Shown: positions 14,301 through 27,583 of the stretch, piece after piece
Position numbering within the stretch: the first letter of the stretch is position 1
How the letters are laid out: every line of letters starts with the position of its first letter
Assembly (NCBI RefSeq): GCF_026571515.1
Contig: NW_026854897.1
Span: 124,001-188,000, forward strand
Reading direction: 5' to 3'
Origin: Ruditapes philippinarum
Taxonomy: Eukaryota
DNA length: 64,000 nucleotides
Notes under the pieces: generated by a model
What the model saw: only the letters and a program-made list of their open reading frames with translations
Databases searched by the model: none
What the model was told of the DNA's origin: nothing
Position numbers and translations under genes: made by a program

Positions 14301-17300
14301 TTATTTCAGTGAGAGAGATTTGTAGCAGACGATATATATATTTCAGGGAGAGAGATTTTCAGCAGACGACACATTCGAATGCTGAATACATGATAAGAAA
14401 AAACAATAACTTTACTGATCTTACTTTATCAAAAAGTATTTATATCCAACAAATTTACAATAATCCATTAATCTATGATTTTTTTTAATTTCAAAGTACT
14501 GATTAAACTTGTATTTAAATGGTTTAAACTTCATGAAAACAGTAAAAGTAACTTCCAGGTATAGTTCATTTACACAATATATTTTGTTGTAAGTATCTTG
14601 TAGTCAAAATAAAATTTCACAAATGTTTATCATTTGTATAAAATTTTTATATATTAATAGTTTAAAAATGTTTTAAATTCCTGTCAAGATCATTTTTAGC
14701 AGTTTTTCCTAAAAGAAATGTCCCATGTAAGGCACATCCTTTGGATTTGGATATAGTTGTCTGGCTTGATGAAAAAAAACTGACTTCAAAAATAATATCT
14801 GGACAAGATGGCTTGATAATGTCTTTTAATTAATCTGATTAACCTGTGAGTTATATAAAACATCCATTAAACCTCTCCTGTGTAAAATCAGCTGTTTGTT
14901 TACATTCTCTCTGTAGGTTAACACTGCATTCTATTTTTAGCTCATGGTTTATAACAGACAGTTTTACACCACTGATTAGTCACACCCACAAATACTCGCT
15001 GCCGCGGCAGCGAATGTTGCCCCTTTAAGTAAATGGTTCAAACTTTCAAAATAGTATAATTTATCAACATTTGATATTTAGACCCAGTCAAATTAACTAT
15101 TTTTCTATATTTTTCAGGCTTTCCCAGTACAGAAAGCTGTCAGTCATAACCAGATCGGTCACCGTTTAGCTACAAGTCCAACATCTACAATCAGTGTAAC
15201 ATCAGTTCAAAGTTCAACCTCCGGTAAACAGCCGACCAGTAAAAACCTTAAAGATGATTCTCCAATAGCCGCTATTGCCCAAAACTCATTCTCAGCTTCC
15301 ATGTGCGAGCAGTCAATTATTTCTACCTATGACGAAGAAAGTAGATCCTTAAATGAAGGCTTTATTATGAACGAGGAAAAAGATGGAGACATAACTCGGA
15401 TCATGTCAGAACCGGCCATTGCTGGTTCACATGATCCGGGAGAATATGTCATGTTAGATGATGTATTCGCCAGAGAAAGTGTTTCAGATTCTACTTTTCT
15501 TAGTTCAAGGAGTAATGAAACCCCTAAAGGTCACAGCAGGTCATTTTCTGTGGATAGTACTTTAGACGGTAGTACAAGGAAATCGAGTCTTCGTAGAGGG
15601 GGTCCGAATTCTATCAAAGTTGGACTTCTTCAGGGTGATCACAGTGAAGTAAACAAATTGCGGCGTAGTTTCGGTCTTGATAAATCAGAAATTGGTTATC
15701 CTATTCCAGTAAGCGTAGCTAATGTTGAGGATGATAACAACTATATACAGCTTGACAACAGCTTTGATCTTCTCAATACCCAACCAAGAACAGAACGAGC
15801 AGTAAATGATGGTGTGAATTCTGGAGAGACATGTAATAACTCACCTGGATCAGTGTCAGAGTGTAAGTCAACTGTTAGTTCAACAACCAGTTTAACTTCG
15901 AATGGAGCTAAAAACAAAGAAGATGGTTATGAATGTGACAATGAGTCAGAGGCAGGATTCTCTACAGTATCTGGTGGGACGGCCATTTTTAAACCTAAAA
16001 TGTGCCTTCAAACTAAACTTAATGAAGAATCTAAAGAAAATAGTGATGTTAATGATGAGATAAGGAAGACGTTGGCGCAGCAGAAACAAGAAAGTAAAGA
16101 CAGTTTACTAAGTGAAGCATCCTCTACAATGTCACCTATTATGATGTTTAAGGAGCGAGAACTAACAAGATCTATATCTGCTGACAGTGGGAAGGGTTCT
16201 ATGTATGAAGAACAGAGAGAGGAGTGTGGCAATGCTACACTAGACTCTATCTCAAGCTCACTAATTGACAAGGACAGTCCAATGGTAACTTCAAAACCTA
16301 CAGAGATTCTAAGTCAGGTTGACAGTGAGGTTCAGATGGAAGTAGATACTGTTGACCCAACAGAAACAAAACTTGATCTGAAAGTTAGCGATGTTGAGGC
16401 ATCAAAACCAACTCTTGTTCACCAGAAATCAGTGTCCTCGCAAGATCTTATAAGGGATGAAAAAACACCAACTCGAGTCTCACGGTCCAAGAGTTTACTT
16501 GAAACTAGTATATCTGCTAGGAAGAGCAATGCTAAACCTAATCTTCAAATCTCAGCAGAAACGCACAAGTTGCTTGCTAGAGCCGGTTACATTAAAGAAC
16601 AGAAAGAGGATTTTCAGATGGAGTCGGATGATTTTATAGTCCCTGCTTCGTTTCCATTCATCAAGCAGGCAGAGACTTTGAATCCTAGAAGAGAAAGTAT
16701 CATTGCCCTACAAAAGAATAATGCGGGTAAAGTAAAAAGTAATGTAAAACAGTTTGATCGTATAATATCAAGTGGGGTTAAAACAGAAATCGAATCTCGG
16801 CATGCTTCGCCATTCAGGTTCCCAAATTCAACTACGCGTAAACGTGGCACAACACGTCTTAAAATTCCCTCAGCATTTAACAGAACAGATCTAGAAAATA
16901 GTATGAATGTATCCATTGACTATTTTAATACTTCAAAGGATAAAATGTCGGCTGGTACTGCTGTGTTACCAATATCAACACAGATGATAAAACCATCGGA
17001 CCCAGATTTTAATTTGAATGAAGGGGCAGAGAATCAAAAATGTGGACTGAAACGTAAACCTAGTATATACCATGCTGAAAAAGGTGGAATTGTTCCTCCA
17101 TTAAACAAGTCTAGAAATATAAGTGGTAGCTTAAATACTACAATAGAATCTTTGGAATGCGAAGAAAATAACATGTCCTGCGATAAACTGAATGATGCAG
17201 TTTTTACAAATGACGTTAAAGGAAAATCCAGCTTTCTGGGCGGAGTTTCAATAAATCTTGATCAATCTTTACAAGACACTAATGATGTTTGCACACCACG

Positions 17301-17625
17301 CTGTGAGAAACAGCAGCTAAAACTGGATAAAGAGAATGACGCACAAAGTTCATTTAATAAAATGCCAGACTTGAAACAAACATTGTTATCCACGCCTATA
17401 TCACTAGATACGATTGCATATAGAACGGCCTCAAATAAAACACCCATGGAAATATTCAAAACAGTTCAGTCACCTCGATCTCCTATAAAACCACTTAAAA
17501 GACTAGGATCCTCGCCACACTCCCCAAGAGGTAAGGTGATGAGGTCACCGAAAACTGTCAAAAGTAACAGACGTTCCTTGTTGACTACCATAGCACAACA
17601 AAATGAAGACTTTGAAAACCTGTAA
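2354..17625 (+). CDS. ARHGAP11A: Rho GTPase-activating protein 11A, about 1318 aa, 10 coding exons
   Basis: Exons 2354-2482, 4439-4521, 4932-5028, 5788-6156, 6553-6754, 7846-8092, 8483-8574, 8919-9048, 11565-11664, 15118-17625. All are GT-AG and phase-consistent (3957 nt). RhoGAP motifs EGVFRKSG, VKQFFRELPEPL and NKMDSTNLAVVIAPN. Family-specific matches: LRELGVKV, KRKRSGSFQGFVS, IGHRLA (human VGWRLA). Confidence 0.9.
2995..3878. mobile_element. Non-autonomous DNA transposon with inverted subterminal GACGTTTCGGCCCC repeats (ARHGAP11A intron 1)
   Basis: GACGTATCGGCCCCGGACGTTTTGGCCC at ~2998-3025 and three GGGCCGAAACGTC-type copies at 3801-3870 in inverted orientation. Ends are approximate. Confidence 0.55.
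4087..4411. mobile_element. MITE with CAGGGATTTTTT termini and 5-bp TSD (hAT5-like)
   Basis: TIR CAGGGATTTTTT...AAAAAATCCCTG with TACAA on both flanks. A near-identical copy lies at 24963-25301. Confidence 0.8.
6778..7610 (+). mobile_element. Helentron/HINE (pearl/CvA-like) non-autonomous element with four ~167-bp internal repeats
   Basis: Starts TTTTATGCCCCC, followed by a (TCCG)n microsatellite and tandem cores at ~6857, 7025, 7190 and 7358. Ends with GGGGCATC and the palindrome GTGTCC-TAT-GGACAC before CTAGTT. Confidence 0.8.
9204..9547. mobile_element. Interspersed repeat (GAGGATATTGAATGAG...GTGATAAA family)
   Basis: Homologous to ~55973-56285 and ~61904-62257; contains an internal inverted repeat. 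Confidence 0.6.
10214..10955. mobile_element. MITE with perfect 30-bp TIR (possibly PIF/Harbinger-like)
   Basis: GCTCTGCAGACATTTTCACAAAAAATCTTA at 10214 and its exact reverse complement ending at 10955, with subterminal CTTAAG/CTTACG repeats. The TSD boundary is ambiguous. Confidence 0.8.
13981..15024. mobile_element. Kolobok-like non-autonomous DNA transposon
   Basis: TTAA flanks at 13977-13980 and 15025-15028, with imperfect TIR AGGCCCAAC / GTTGCCCCT. Confidence 0.5.
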
Positions 17626-19021
17626 AGATATCTTACCAATGTTTGACGCCCTTTTTTTAATTTATTTAAGCATGCTTGTTCTTAGATGATCCAGTATACC
17701 TACAGAAATTTACTATGTACAAACATATTATAGCAGATAATATGAGCATTATTTAATCATGTATAGAAAGTATCTCTGTTAAACAAAGGGGATTGTTTGA
17801 TGTTTATAATTTTGTATATTCTATGAAATTTGCCTGAAAATGTTTGTTAATGCCTGTACTTTTTAGTTGAAACACATTTAAATTTTTAGCTTATCTTAAA
17901 CTGACACTGAAATCAAAATTGCTATGTGATATTTACTCAGAGGGACAAGTGAATTGTAGCTCTTATTAAAGTACCATTTTGGTTTTAAGTGAATATTTTC
18001 AAATGCAAAAAGTTTTATAGCTGTTTTGTTAAATTGTTCATAATCATAAGGTTCTTGTTTAAATCCTTACCACGCTAAATATCTTAAATGGACTTGTCCA
18101 TCATTTAATCTGGACAAAACCATTCATCATTTTTAGGGAAAATTTTAAGATATTGACTGAATAGTGAACAGTGCAGACCATGATCAGATGGCATGGCATG
18201 GGTAGCATTAATTGTGGCAGTTTATCTGTGGCTAATATGCTATTATTGAATTTTACGTTGCATATTTTGCCACCATTTTTTTTTGTTGAAGAGTTATACA
18301 TAAATATTAGAAAAATCAAATTATATGGAAGTGAATTTTCAAGATAAGTTGATATGTTATAGATAATTGGGAGCATAGTGAAGGAAAGAGTTATTTAGAA
18401 ACCAGTCTTGAGTGTTCAGCTCCATGATTGGTCCATTTTAAAAAAAAACTACTTGTAATTTAAACCAAACAAACAACAGGAATTCTTGGACTGGTTCCAC
18501 AATTTTAAGGGATGGTATTCTGACCTAGCATTCTTCATGGACAGTATAATACATGACTGTATGATGGTTATATAACTTACTTTTATAAAATTCTTGCTCA
18601 TACATTTTTAAATGGTGCTGAAAGTTTAGAGTGTGGTTAATACACCTAGGACTTTATATACCTTTGTAAATAGAGCTTTTATTTTTATCTTCCTATCCCT
18701 CTCATATTGAGTGTTGTATTAGTAAATATTTGTGTATATTTTTAATCAAATTTTCATATAGTATGGATTGTTATGTACTATTTTATGTGTTTTATATCTT
18801 TTCTTTTTTTTTCTATCTGCAAGACAGAAGTGGAATGAAGAGTGAAATTGTGTGCATTAGACAATAGGTGATAAACTGTATAACAATGTAATATTTTTTA
18901 CACTTTTTACTGCTTCACACAATCATGACAATATAAAATGAATTGATCTCATACAATTTTATACCCTTGAAACATGATGCACACCTTCGTAACTAAAAAT
19001 GTTAATGAAGTAGGTGCCACA

Positions 19022-19925
19022 TTTTTATTTGCCCAAAACAATTTCGGACATATTATGTTATACACCCTGGCGTCCGTCCGTCCTTCAGCGTCCGTCCGTC
19101 TGTCCGTCCGTTAGCAGTTTGGTTTCCGGAGCATAACTTAAGTTCCATTTGGCCCACAATATTCAAACTTCATAGGATGATTGTCCATATTGGGTAGAAG
19201 ACCCCTATTGATTTTGGGGTCATAAGGTCAAAGGTCAAGGTCACTATGACCTTAAAACTGAAAACAGTTTCCGGAGCATAACTTAAGTTCCATTTGGCCT
19301 ACAGTGTTCAAACTTCATAGGATGATTGTCCATATTGGGTAGAAGACCCCTATTGATTTTGGGGTCACAAGGTCAAAGTCACTATTACTTAGAAATTGAA
19401 AACAGTTTCTTGAGCATAACTTAAGTTCCATTTAGCCCACAATATTCAAACTTCATAGGATGATTGTCCATATTGGGTAGAAGACCCCTATTGATTTTGG
19501 GGTCATCAGGTCAAGGTCACTATTACTTAAAACTGAAAACAGTTTTCGGAACATAACTTACAGTCACAAGGTCAATGTCACTATTACTTAGAAATTGAAA
19601 ACAGTTTCTTGAGCATAACTTAAGTTCCATTTAGCCTACAGTGTTCAAACTTCATAGGATGATTGTCCATATTGGGTAGAAGACCCCTATTGATTTTGGG
19701 GTCACAAGGTCAAAGGTCAAGGTCACTTTTACCTTAGAATTGAAAACAGTTTCTGGGGCATAACTTAAGTTCCATTTGGACCACAATATTGAAACTTCAA
19801 AGGAGGATTGTTATTTGAAGGAGTTAATACTTTATTTTACTCCCCTGTCTTACAAATGCTTCATCTTTACTAAAAAAAAAAATCACTTTCGGGCATATAA
19901 TGCTCCGCCTAGCGGTGCTCTTTTT
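19022..19925 (+). mobile_element. Helentron/HINE-type element with about five ~140-bp internal repeats
   Basis: Starts TTTTTATTTGCCC, followed by (GTCC)n and repeated cores with AGGTCAAAGGTCAAGGTCAC. Ends with CGGGCATAT and the hairpin CCGC-CTA-GCGG before a T-run. Confidence 0.8.
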
Positions 19926-22900
19926 CTTTATATAGTGATGTCAAAAGTTCAAAGAAGAAAAGGGCAAGTTAACATGAAAAGTTATTATAAGATAGACTTG
20001 GTTACAAACTGTATAAATTTCTTATTGCCATTATGACTGAGTTTAGTTACGATGCTTTGGATTCCTTGTAATTTTTGTGGGCCTCTTGTTCATTTGTAGA
20101 AAGATTCATTGATTGCTTCAATTCATTTGATATTTTTCATTGAAAATATTTCATTATTCTATCTGAAAGTAATGTTTTAGTTCGCACATTTTGAATTTTA
20201 TTATCAGCTTTATTTGGTTGAATACTTTGCAAATATTTTGCATATTATGTTTAAAAATGGTAACATTCTGATTAAAGAATTCAAGATGCAAGTTGATGCA
20301 AGATGCAAGTTATATAAACAATTTCATGACATTTGTTTGTCAGTTTAGTGAGTTCTAGCATGTCTGGTATAATTTCCCATCTCCATTATTGTTTTTCGTA
20401 TAATACAAAAATATCCTTTTGCATATTAACCATGTTAAATTTTTTTAAAGGACGTGTTCTGCTTAGATCCTGAACTTTCATTTATTAATAATAGGTATTT
20501 TGAAATGTTAAAATGCTTATTTTTTTAAAAAAGAGCTAAATTTAAGCAGTCTATTGTGAAGCACCTAGATCAAAGGCTGTAAAGAATTTTTGAAGGTCAT
20601 ACTCATATCTCGGGTATTTGATTGGTAAAAAAACAGCATGTATATCAGTTGACCAATGAAAATTGTGAGATTTGAGGCAGACCACTGAAAATGTTTTACA
20701 ACCTCAAGGCCTTGTCAGACTTTACTAGCCTTACTTTACTAATGGCCTAAACAAGGCATCTTTGCATGCATTTGATAAGTTAATTCACTGTGTAAGTCAT
20801 CAACTTTGCATTCTACATCTATTCAGTATATCATAACATGCAAGCAAGTATTATAACTTGTAACAGTTTTCATAAATCTCAATTAAAAAATAGAAATCCA
20901 GATCATTATTTTTGCTTCTAGTCAAATCATGGGAAAAATCATTGGGTTATTTAAACAGGGTTTTGCTTCTGCTTTATTATGGTGAATGGGTTCTTATGGC
21001 TAACTTCAGCTTAAGGTTATACATTTGTCATACCTTCATGATATTTATAGTTTGAGACTTACAGTACTGTCAAATACAGATCTATCAAGTAAGTTAAGAT
21101 CACTCTTACAGATGTGGACAAGAACAAAGCCAAAAGGTCAGCTTAGTCCTGTCTTCAAACAGATATTAGGTACACAAACTGCTGAGTTTTGGTTGAATTT
21201 ATGCAAGGTATGGATTGAAAACCTTAAATGTGTCATTTCTATGCAATGTTATAACATTTGTTCCATTTATGTAACAGTAAATTTATGAAGAAATGTAACA
21301 TTAAGATACTGAAATATTCAAATGAAACAATCAAGAGGTAGCAGAAACCTAGTGGTTTACTTTTTAAGAGCCTACCTGTTAGATATTTCGCATGTTATTA
21401 TTAACTACCTTTCTTTGGAAGGATCTCGGGGGTCGAAGTGGTCAAACCCAAATTTCTTTATTATTTGATATCAGCAGGGTGTGTCCTGACAATGGACTTT
21501 CAAGTGATAATTATACAGTTAAGTTTTTACATATTAAGCTGGAACATTTTTTTAAACATTGAGATTTATTAGCTTTCTTACCTTAGATGTATTGGTCAAC
21601 AAAATTATTATAACTAATTGTCAGTAATTGTATGTTTATCTTATAATGTAAAGAAAGCTTTCTGCACATCTGTGTTAAGCATCTTACAGTGCCAGTCTAA
21701 CAATGTTTGTCTTGATCTAGTCTACATCTTTTGCTCCACAATTTCTTGTACATGTTAGTCTTTGCTGAATAATCTATCATTAAATCATGCTAACATATAT
21801 TGTGTTTTATTATATTTGTTTCCAATTAAGATAGGGTAATAGTTTTAATGTTTTGTCCATTATTTATCTAATCAATTGGCTGTTAAACAGCAGGCCGTGT
21901 ATAGTTACAATTTACACATTGCCAACAAACAGAAGCTGGTGTGGAAATAAAGCTATCTACATGAAATTACTTAAAACATTAGAAAATTATGGCTTTATAA
22001 ATTTCAAGTGCAAGAAACTCAAAATGTGTACCAGACCTATGTTGTCAGTACAAAACTAGGCAAAACATCAATGACCATCATCCACATTTGATATAGTAGA
22101 TTGGATTTACAAATTATATGATATTCCTAACTGGATTATTGATGTCAACAAGAAAAGTTATAATGACTGACTACAAACCAGTTTTATATTACTGAATGTA
22201 ATCCAAATTGCTTCTACAGATATTACTATCCTGTACTGTCACCTAGATGACTGAAACATTTCAAGATTATCTAAAAAATGGTTATACCAATAACTTGTGT
22301 CATAGTTTCAGATCATATCTTACATAGGTGTTCCATTGCAGTCATTTTGATTGTACAATAACTGCACTTTTAATCTATTTTTAGTTTAATGTTCAGAGTA
22401 TATTCCTTTAATATCTTGTTCGTAATTGTCTGATTCAAGTACGCCAGTTGATTGATATAGTTAAAATTATGTTAAAAGGTTGTTGGGCTCCAGTGGAGCT
22501 TTTAAGCAGCACTCGAGACTGCACACCTTCAGATTTACACCAACTTAATACAATAATTCCAACAAGAAAACACTAGCCTTTACTTTATTAATGGAATAGA
22601 CATATGGTGATAAAAACAGTAAAGTCATATTTTGAACCCTTGCCATGCTAAATATCCTTAATAAACATGTCCATCTAGACAAAATCCATTCATCATATTT
22701 AGGAAAATTTTAAATCAAGTACAGTGCGGACTATGATTAGAAGGCAATGATGTGTCCGTAGATCTTGGTCTATACTGGTTGCAAGAATGGTTTCAGCTGC
22801 CACTAGCAGACTGAGGGTTAAACAAGATAACAAATCATGCACATTTATTGTTTATTTGCACAATTTAAGTACATGTCTATAACATAATCTATTCAAAATT

Positions 22901-24298
22901 AATATATATTACAATATTTATGTACAAAATAAGTGAAAGTTCTCTCTCCATACAAATGCATGAACTACAAGAAGGTACAGTGATTCCTATAACCACAGTT
23001 ATTCAAACAAAATTGTATATTCTAAACTTACATGCATACAAAAAGATACAATTATATAATACTATGAACGCCATGATATGAACGAAATTTATTTGAAATT
23101 GAAAAGTGTTGGAATGTAGATTTATTCAAATACGAAGAAAAACGTTCATGAAATGCGGAGTTCATTTAATTTGAAAGTTGTTTATCTGTGAATTTATTTC
23201 AATAGTTCTCTCAGGTTCATCCATTGTTAGAACACTTCATTAAGAGAAATATCAGTGGCCTTTTTACACAAGTTCTACTGTACTATCCTTATATTAGATG
23301 GACCATTAATGACAATGGACATGGTTACAGATAATTACAATATGTTCCATGTATTGTATCTAAGAAATTGCACAATAAAACATACAAAAACAGATTATAA
23401 CATAGTATTAAATGTGTTTCCATGTATAGGACATTTACATTGTATGAAAACTTGTAAAAGTCCCAAGTATTTTTCACTGCATTTTACATAAAAGTAAAGT
23501 AATCTAAATTTAGTTTTCACTTTATTGTAGACTCAGATATGATATACAAGATCATCTAAGTTTGACCAAATTCATAAAATCCACCTAAATATTTATTTGC
23601 AACCATTGTAAAACTACTGTGACATCTATCTTGTTACATTTAAAACATATCAGCAATTATCAGAATAGTTTTTGTACTTCCTATAAATCTGAATTTAAAA
23701 AATATAAACAATCAGAATAATCAAAAAGTTAAAATAAAATTTTTACATATTCTTATCTGAAATAAGTTGTTCATTATACTGCGACCATGTTTAATATGCA
23801 TTTCTGATTATTTTATAATCTTTCAAAAATTTAAATAATTTAAATTTGAGATAATCAAATTTCAACAAAACATCAATCATTGCAATCACTCTTAAAAATA
23901 GATATTCAATAAACGCCATAACATGACAGGTTGTACCTAGTATTTGGAATCCTTTAATCAGCTGAAACGAAAATGGCTATCCATACCAACCAGTATGGAG
24001 CCAGGCCAGCCTACAAGTTGGTTCAGGCTGGCCAGGCTCTATACTATTGTTAGCTCAATTTTTGTACATGCACTCAGATACTGAAATCCCTAATAGTCTG
24101 AATGGACTTTACCAAATTTATAGAAGGACATGTAAGAAATACAGCAAGTTAAATGTTAAGCAAAAATCACTGTTATACATAAACTACAGTCAGTGATTTT
24201 CCTAACTTGTAGAATTTATCATGAGAACTTAGATTGCTGAGAACTTAGATTGCAGCTTTTCAATGATGAATGAAGAATCCCGGTGATTTTTGTAAGCA

Positions 24299-26200
24299 CT
24301 ATTCTAATGAAGAAAGCATCAACAATTGCTTTAAAACTTTTGTTTGGCTAGTCTCTCTGATTTCTCCAGCCAGAAACATCTCATCTACAACACTATATAC
24401 CTGCAAATATACAACGACAACATCAATTCAATAAAAACATTAGTCAAATTCCTGAATGTGACCGATTCATACAAAGTTCTGACTAGGTTTTTTATGCAAA
24501 CATATGGTATCTTTATCATTAGATACACTAATTTACTTATTACTAAAAACACTATTCACAATGTTATCACTACATGTATTTACATTAACATGTTGGACTG
24601 AATTATGTATGAAAGGCAGCAAACTTTTGTATGGAAAGAATCATGTATATTATTGTCTGTATAAAAGACTTAACATAAAGTTAAATTGAGAACAGAAAAT
24701 AAGTATCAGTATAAAAAATAACTTGTATTCATACCTTATAAAAGTTGAAGACTAGATCCAGTTCACAAACATTATGGAAATATTCATTGAGGACTTCTAC
24801 AAAGTTGTGTATAGCTTCCAAATATGCTAGATTGTTGTCACTGACATCCACACATATACAGAAATATAATCCAGCATAACGTCTGTATACTATCTTGAAG
24901 TTACGAAACTGAAATAAAAATATACTATCTCTTGTGTTGAGCATTTTATTAGTTTTCCATGCCAGCGATTTTTTCCAGGATTTTGGGAACATGACCCATA
25001 CCCATGGAATTGGAAATTTAAGCGATGTTTTGTTTAAAATTGGGGAACAATGCTTGACTTAAATTTTGCATTGATTAGATAAATGCAAAGAATCACTGTC
25101 TAGGATAGCATCCTCAAACACTTAAGCACTATAACATTAAAAGCCCTTATTTTCAAAGATTTTAGAATTTGTTATTCAATATTTTTATTTTGTAACTTTC
25201 AATTGTGAATTTTTTCCTGTGGATTGGGAAAATAATATACTATTTTCAATTGGGAATATGACCGAATTTCGCCTATAAAATAAGCCAAAAAAAAATCCCT
25301 GGATGCTGATTTACTTCTTACTAATTTTGAGTAAACTACACCTAAATACTGAACAACTAAATAAAATCACACAATTTAACACATAAATTGAAGTATCTAT
25401 TTATTTTTTATTTATTATCATTTATATATTGAAGATACATGTATAGAAAAGGTTGAACCTCAACAAAATTTGTGTGTTTAGCATCTCTGACAGTAACGAC
25501 TGCATGGACCTCTTCAATTAATTTCTGTTTTTCATCATCATCAAAATGCATGTACCACTTGGCCAGCCGGGTCTTCCCAGCCCTGTTTTGAATAAGTATG
25601 AACCGAATCTAAAATGGAAAAAAATGTATTGTTAGTACAAAATTCAAGTTAATATATGATGTATAAATAATTTTTGTAGTCCACTTAATTATGCTACATG
25701 ATAAGATATTGTGCTATCTTGTGAATGGGCAATATCTAGAAGCGCAGAACAAAAATATTTCAGAATCTAGCTACATGGCACATTATAATATTTTGACTCT
25801 GTCTCATAATTTTTGTAGATCTGGAATTAAGAAAATGATTGCGAGACAAATAAATGATATCACTCATCAAAATAATATTAACGAATGCACTCAAATTATG
25901 TAATAAAGCGTTGTGTTATATTATTAAATTATCATCTAGCAAAGGCACTCAAATTATGTAATAAAGCGTTGTGTTATATCAATAAATTATCATCTAGCAA
26001 ATGTGTATACTCCACCCACTATATTTACATTTAGATTAATAACTGAACAATAATAATTTACTTTTTGACGACAATGAGGACTATGAAAGACATTCAAAAC
26101 TATGTATTGATTAATTATATGCAATTCAATACTTTTATTTTATCGGATAGACGTTAAATTACACTGTGATCAATAAAAATACAAAATGTTAATTTACCAT
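24299..26200 (-). CDS. AP2S1: AP-2 complex subunit sigma, 142 aa
   Basis: Exons 26200-26198 (ATG only), 25608-25459, 24908-24735 and 24400-24299 total 429 nt. Translation [20 protein letters not shown]...[17 protein letters not shown]...[13 protein letters not shown] is nearly identical to human AP2S1. Confidence 0.97.
24963..25301. mobile_element. Second copy of the hAT5-like MITE (AP2S1 intron 2)
   Basis: High identity to 4087-4411; flanks CATGC and GATGC. Confidence 0.8.
25887..26001. repeat. 58-bp tandem duplication in AP2S1 intron 1
   Basis: GCACTCAAATTATGTAATAAAGCG...CATCTAGCAAA starts at 25887 and again at 25945. Confidence 0.85.
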
Positions 26201-26488
26201 TTTTAAACCGGAAACACTCCCACAAATAATATATTTACGCATAAAATCTTTTGAGTATTATCGTCCATATCACGTTACATGAAACAAAACTTAGATTAAA
26301 TGAAATTATTGGACCAAAGCAGTGTTTAAATAAAATATCTACTAAAATTTTCTTCCAGTTTCACTAATAATCAATTAACGTATAGATTAAATACGGAAAT
26401 AAATTTATTTGTGATGACAAAACTGAAACCGGAAATCAAACATTTAAAGTGAAAGTAGTGTACAAAGGAAATAAGTTGGCAGCCAAAA
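26201..26488. promoter_or_regulatory. Bidirectional promoter between AP2S1 and ATG10
   Basis: Divergent start codons only 288 bp apart; ETS-type ACCGGAAA motifs near 26207 and 26428. Confidence 0.6.
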
Positions 26489-27100
26489 ATGATGAAAACA
26501 GGATTATTAAACAAAGAGGAGTGCAAGTCTTGCATGGAAGACTTATACAGGCGATCGAAGACTTTATCAGACACATGGGAGCTGTCAAATTTCAACGGTA
26601 GTACGTATATTGTGAAGAAAATTGTACAAATTTGTAGTCTTAAAAATGACAGTGAAAAAAGTAAAGACCTACATGGGATATGCAACGAAATGGAATCAGA
26701 CGAGACTGACGACTCTCCAGTGTGTGAAAGTAGCAATAAGCAAGTGCTGACTTTTGAATACCACGTGCTTTATAGTGAAAGTTATTCGGTACCTGTTCTT
26801 TATTTTAATGTATATAATTCCAATGGAAGTCTTGTGTCATTGGCCAAGGTTTGGGAACTAGTTCCGATGTATTACCGGGAGAGGTTAGAAGAGGACAAGT
26901 GGACCTTCCTGACACAAACGGAACATCCTTATTTAGGAAGGCCATTTTATCAATTACATCCATGTCACACTGATAAACTTATGTCTGCTGTGTCATCGTT
27001 AGATAAATCACCCAGAGACGACACAAGCAATTATTTGATTTCGTGGTTAAGTTCTGTTGGACCAGTAGTTCTCCTTAATATGCCATTTGAATATGCATGA
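26489..27100 (+). CDS. ATG10: Ubiquitin-like-conjugating enzyme ATG10, single coding exon, 203 aa
   Basis: Motifs EYHVLYSESYSVPVLYF, TQTEHPYLGRPFYQLHPC (catalytic Cys) and NYLISWLSSVGPVV. Confidence 0.93.
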   Translation: MMKTGLLNKEECKSCMEDLYRRSKTLSDTWELSNFNGSTYIVKKIVQICSLKNDSEKSKDLHGICNEMESDETDDSPVCESSNKQVLTFEYHVLYSESYSVPVLYFNVYNSNGSLVSLAKVWELVPMYYRERLEEDKWTFLTQTEHPYLGRPFYQLHPCHTDKLMSAVSSLDKSPRDDTSNYLISWLSSVGPVVLLNMPFEYA

Positions 27101-27583
27101 GTTGTAAAATTTTCATTTATTTTCTGTGCAGTTCTAAGTATTAATGTAGCAGTATGTATATAGAAATTAAATAATTATCGGAATTAAAGTGATGCTTCAA
27201 GATAATTACTGACAGATCTTCAAACTTCAACAGACTTAATTATTAACACTTAACAATTTTATATAGACCATACATCACTAGAAAAAAGGGTTTACATATT
27301 TTTTCTAGTAATTATATGCACACAAATTTGTTATTTGTAACGTTACACAATTATACACCAAACATATTTGCCCATAGATTCATTTTCAAGCCAGTTGAAA
27401 AATAAATTTGTTAACGAAAAGTTTACATATATCTAGCTTGTTTCATTAAAATTGTCTCATTGACCAAATGGTTAATACGATTCCAATCGACACTTAAACA
27501 AATCTTAAAACTACACCTTGCCTTCTTTAAAGATCTAACTTTCAAAATGATTGCAATTCTCTTGTACATGTTATATAAGGCAT

